Assembly (NCBI GenBank): GCA_965232515.1
Contig: CBDDPY010000002.1
Location: 3,840,001 to 3,904,000 of the forward strand
Origin: Alphaproteobacteria bacterium
GTDB lineage: Bacteria > Pseudomonadota > Alphaproteobacteria > GCA-2731375
DNA: 64,000 nucleotides
Direction: 5' to 3'
This document shows positions 61,204 through 64,000 of the stretch, piece after piece. The notes below the pieces were generated by a model. It made no database searches and was not told where the DNA came from. It was given only the letters and a program-made list of their open reading frames with translations. A program made the translations under genes and the position numbers. Every line of letters begins with the position of its first letter. The first letter of the stretch is position 1.

Positions 61204-63282
61204 TCAGCCGTGCGAAATCGGCTGTTCGACGCTTGCGTCGGCCAGCCGGTCGGTCGGCAGCCGGATCAGCGCCGTGGTGCCCTGCCCCGGCGCGCTGTCA
61301 AGCGTCAGCGTGCCCCCGTGCGCCTCGACCAATTTGAGCGTCAGCGGCAGTCCCAGACCGGTGCCCTCATGACGGTGGTCGACAGCCCCCCGCACCTGGC
61401 CGAATACGGACAGTGCGGTGGCGATTTCATCTGCCGTCATGCCGACGCCTTCGTCGCTGACGCTCAACAGCAGTCCGTTGCTGTCCGTTCGGGCCGTCAC
61501 CTTGACCTGGCTGCCCGGCGGCGAAAACTTGACGGCGTTGCTGAGCAGGTTGATGAGGATCTGGCGAATCCGCCGCTCGTCCGCCCATAAGGCCGGCAGC
61601 GCCGGCTCGATGTCGGTCGCCAGGATCACCCGACCGGAATCGGCCCGCAGTTGCACGAACAGCAGCGCGCTTTCGATCACGCCCGGCAGATTGACCGACT
61701 GCTCGCGCAGATCGAGCTTGCCGGCCTCGATCTGCGACAGGTCCAGCACGTCGTTGATCAACTCGAGCAAATGCCGGGCCGAGGTGTGGATGTCCTCGGC
61801 ATACTCCCGGAACTTCTCGATGTCGATGCCGCGCGGGTCCGGCTGCATCATCAGATCCGAGAAGCCCATGATGGCATTCAGCGGCGTGCGGAGCTCATGG
61901 CTCATATTGGCCAGAAAGCGGGACTTGGTGCGGCTGGCCGCCGCGGCCTGCCGCTCGGCCTGAACCCGCATGGCGATCTCTTCCTGCAGATCCCGCGTAC
62001 GCTCCTCGACCCGCTGCTCCAGCTTGTCGCGGGCCTCGCGCAGGGCCGTCGCCATCTGGTCGAAGGCTTCGGCCGTCTGTCGCACTTCCTTGTAGCCGCT
62101 CGGGATTCCGGTCACCGGTCCCAGCTCGCCGCGCTTCATGGCCAGCGCGTTGTCGCCCAAAGCCGAGATCGGCCGGGCGATGCTGCGCCAGAGATAGATG
62201 CCGATCACGCAGGCCAGGCCGGTGATCAGGATCGCCAGATAGACGTTGTGCAGCCGGTTTTCCTTGATGGCGCCCAGGAAATCGTCTTCCGGCACGTACA
62301 CGCCCATCAGCCACGGCCACTGCGCCGATTGAAACGGCGCGAATATGGCGTGATAGGTCATGTCGTCCAATTCGAACGAGGTCGACAACGGTTCATTCAG
62401 ATCGAAGGTGTCGGCGGGCCGGCCGATCGACAGGAAGGCGGCGCGGCTCGGTCGGTCGTCCAGCTCATCGATCCGCGGAAAGCGCAGTGATCGGCCGGCG
62501 CCGCCGGCCGGCATTTGAAGTTTGGTCAGATTGGGAAATGCGATGACGTCGCCGTTCCGGTTCATGATAAAGGCGGAACCGTTCTGGCCGACTTTCTGTC
62601 GCGCCAAAAACTGTGAGATCTCGGCGATCTCGATATCGACGCCGACCACGCCGTAGATCTCGCCATTCCTGTCCAGCACCGGGCTGGCCGTGGTGATGCC
62701 GGGATTACCCGAGGCATAGAAGATGTAGGGATCCGTCCAGATCAGCGTCTCTTTTTCGACCGCGCGCTGGAACCACGGTCGGTTCCGCGGATCGTATTTG
62801 TCGGTCGGGTCGATCCGCGATCCCAGCTCTTTGAACGCGATGTCGCGATCGAGCAGCTCGACCTTCGTCTCGGCCTCAGACCGGCTGACGATTTTCGTTT
62901 GAAAGACGGCCGGCTCGCTCCCCTCGATCCGCCGGACGAACAGAAAACTGCCGTCGACGCCGCCGAAATAAAGCCCCGAGAACTGCCCGTAGAGGCGGAG
63001 CTGCTCGTAGAAGTATCGCTCCATGGCGCTCGGATTGTCGCGGGTCAGGATGGCGTTGTCGGCCAGCCGCTGCGTCAGGTCCGCCGCAACCTGGGCCGAG
63101 CTCAAGAACCGCTCCGAGCGGTCGATGGTGTCGGCCGCCACCGACTCCATCAGCTGGCGTACGTGCCCCAGAAAGACGCGCTCGGTCGTGATATAGGACC
63201 AGACCAGGATCGCGGTAACGGTCACGACCTCAAGGCCGATGATACCCGCGATGAGCACACGCTTTATCGATAGCGAGGTCAT
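61204..63282 (-). CDS. dCache-HAMP sensor histidine kinase (HisKA of PleC/DivJ-like type)
   Basis: YDPRNRPWF, WTDPY.F, GVVGVDI, HAMP, FLANMSHELRTPLNAI.GFS, NLLSNAVKF, EGTGLGL. Confidence 0.92.
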   Translation of the reverse strand: MTSLSIKRVLIAGIIGLEVVTVTAILVWSYITTERVFLGHVRQLMESVAADTIDRSERFLSSAQVAADLTQRLADNAILTRDNPSAMERYFYEQLRLYGQFSGLYFGGVDGSFLFVRRIEGSEPAVFQTKIVSRSEAETKVELLDRDIAFKELGSRIDPTDKYDPRNRPWFQRAVEKETLIWTDPYIFYASGNPGITTASPVLDRNGEIYGVVGVDIEIAEISQFLARQKVGQNGSAFIMNRNGDVIAFPNLTKLQMPAGGAGRSLRFPRIDELDDRPSRAAFLSIGRPADTFDLNEPLSTSFELDDMTYHAIFAPFQSAQWPWLMGVYVPEDDFLGAIKENRLHNVYLAILITGLACVIGIYLWRSIARPISALGDNALAMKRGELGPVTGIPSGYKEVRQTAEAFDQMATALREARDKLEQRVEERTRDLQEEIAMRVQAERQAAAASRTKSRFLANMSHELRTPLNAIMGFSDLMMQPDPRGIDIEKFREYAEDIHTSARHLLELINDVLDLSQIEAGKLDLREQSVNLPGVIESALLFVQLRADSGRVILATDIEPALPALWADERRIRQILINLLSNAVKFSPPGSQVKVTARTDSNGLLLSVSDEGVGMTADEIATALSVFGQVRGAVDHRHEGTGLGLPLTLKLVEAHGGTLTLDSAPGQGTTALIRLPTDRLADASVEQPISHG

Positions 63283-63532
63283 GACCCCCACACTCTAGAC
63301 GAACAGGCCCAAGGATATAACTGCCGCCCTAACGCGACCGCGTCGAGGTCCGACCATATCGGTCTGGCACGCGAATGCAATTATAACAGGGTCAAACGAT
63401 CGCGACCGCCGTTTCTGCAGCAGGTCACTACAGCCCGATTGATCGCGCCGTCGAGAGGCGTATCAGGGCGCAGTCAAATCAATTGGATGGTTGAAATCGG
63501 CCGGTGGTGAGCTGGGATACCGTCGGCTCCGT

Positions 63533-63658
63533 CCTCTTACGCCAGGGCTTCGGCCTTCGCCGACCGAAAGTCGGCTTCTGCCGACTGAAGGTCGGAGGAC
63601 ACACCTTCGTCTAACGATCTCCGGGTGGCCTGCCACCCGAAGCCCGCAGGGCGAAGGG
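63533..63658. repeat. REP-like palindromic cluster downstream of tRNA-Ala
   Basis: Hairpins GCCGACCGAAAGTCGG (63559) and GCCGACTGAAGGTCGG (63580) at 21-bp period, GGGTGGC/GCCACCC hairpin, several CTTCG/CGAAG motifs. Confidence 0.6.
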
Positions 63659-63734
<76 letters not shown>

Positions 63735-63845
63735 ACGGAGTAACTCTTCGACCCGACGCATTGCGGCGGCCGGAACGCCCGCGAACCTATGCACGCCGCG
63801 CGTCGCTTTCAAGTGGAAATTACGATAGACGCGGGGCGGCCGCGG

Positions 63846-64000
63846 CTACTTTGTAAGCTCGTCGTCCACGCCGTCACCCGTATCGACGATTCCCTTCACG
63901 TCATCGTCGTCGTCATCGTTCTCCGCCGCCAATACCGTGTCGTCCTCGTCGTCGTCATCTTCGATGTCGACATCGATATCGTCGTTGTCGACCAATGAGG
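63846..64000 (-). CDS. C-terminal acidic tail of a probable TIGR02300 (FYDLN_acid) family protein, truncated by window edge
   Basis: Frame reads ...DNDDIDVDIEDDDDEDDTVLAAENDDDDDDVKGIVDTGDGVDDELTK*; position upstream of tRNA-Ala(GGC) is typical. Confidence 0.7.
   Translation of the reverse strand, partial: SLVDNDDIDVDIEDDDDEDDTVLAAENDDDDDDVKGIVDTGDGVDDELTK

Noticed and set aside
63364-63379. TGGCACGCGAATGCA, sigma54-like
   Set aside because: GG to GC spacing is 9 rather than 10 nt, and no gene follows on that strand.

Overview
High-GC alphaproteobacterial chromosome segment; gene order resembles Rhodospirillales (inference). About 1-40 kb is mostly core genome: the end of a liv-type ABC operon, tRNA-Ser(GGA), lepA, pheT-pheS, rplT-rpmI, infC, thrS, a DUF898/M48 pair, two glycosyltransferases, queG, a GST (FzlA-like), gltB-gltD, uppP, tRNA-Leu(CAG), rnd, lptCAB-rpoN-hpf-ptsN and an Hsp20 gene with an RpoH promoter and ROSE-like thermometer. 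About 40-63.6 kb is accessory-like. It carries a 7TM-DISM kinase/NarL regulator pair next to a surface protein with a variant VSEP-CTERM sorting tail, a second sigma54-preceded VSEP-CTERM protein, and an apparent LLM monooxygenase-hydrolase-phnA operon. It also carries an EcfG-type promoter ahead of an orphan ORF with a candidate 3'UTR sRNA, an unannotated 34-aa membrane peptide, creA, a large Zur-controlled zinc cluster, a gamma-carboxylase-like HTTM gene paired with a DCC oxidoreductase, a class III cyclase and a Cache histidine kinase, ending at tRNA-Ala(GGC). No integrase, transposase or CRISPR array was seen. All calls come from reading the sequence by eye; no searches were run.
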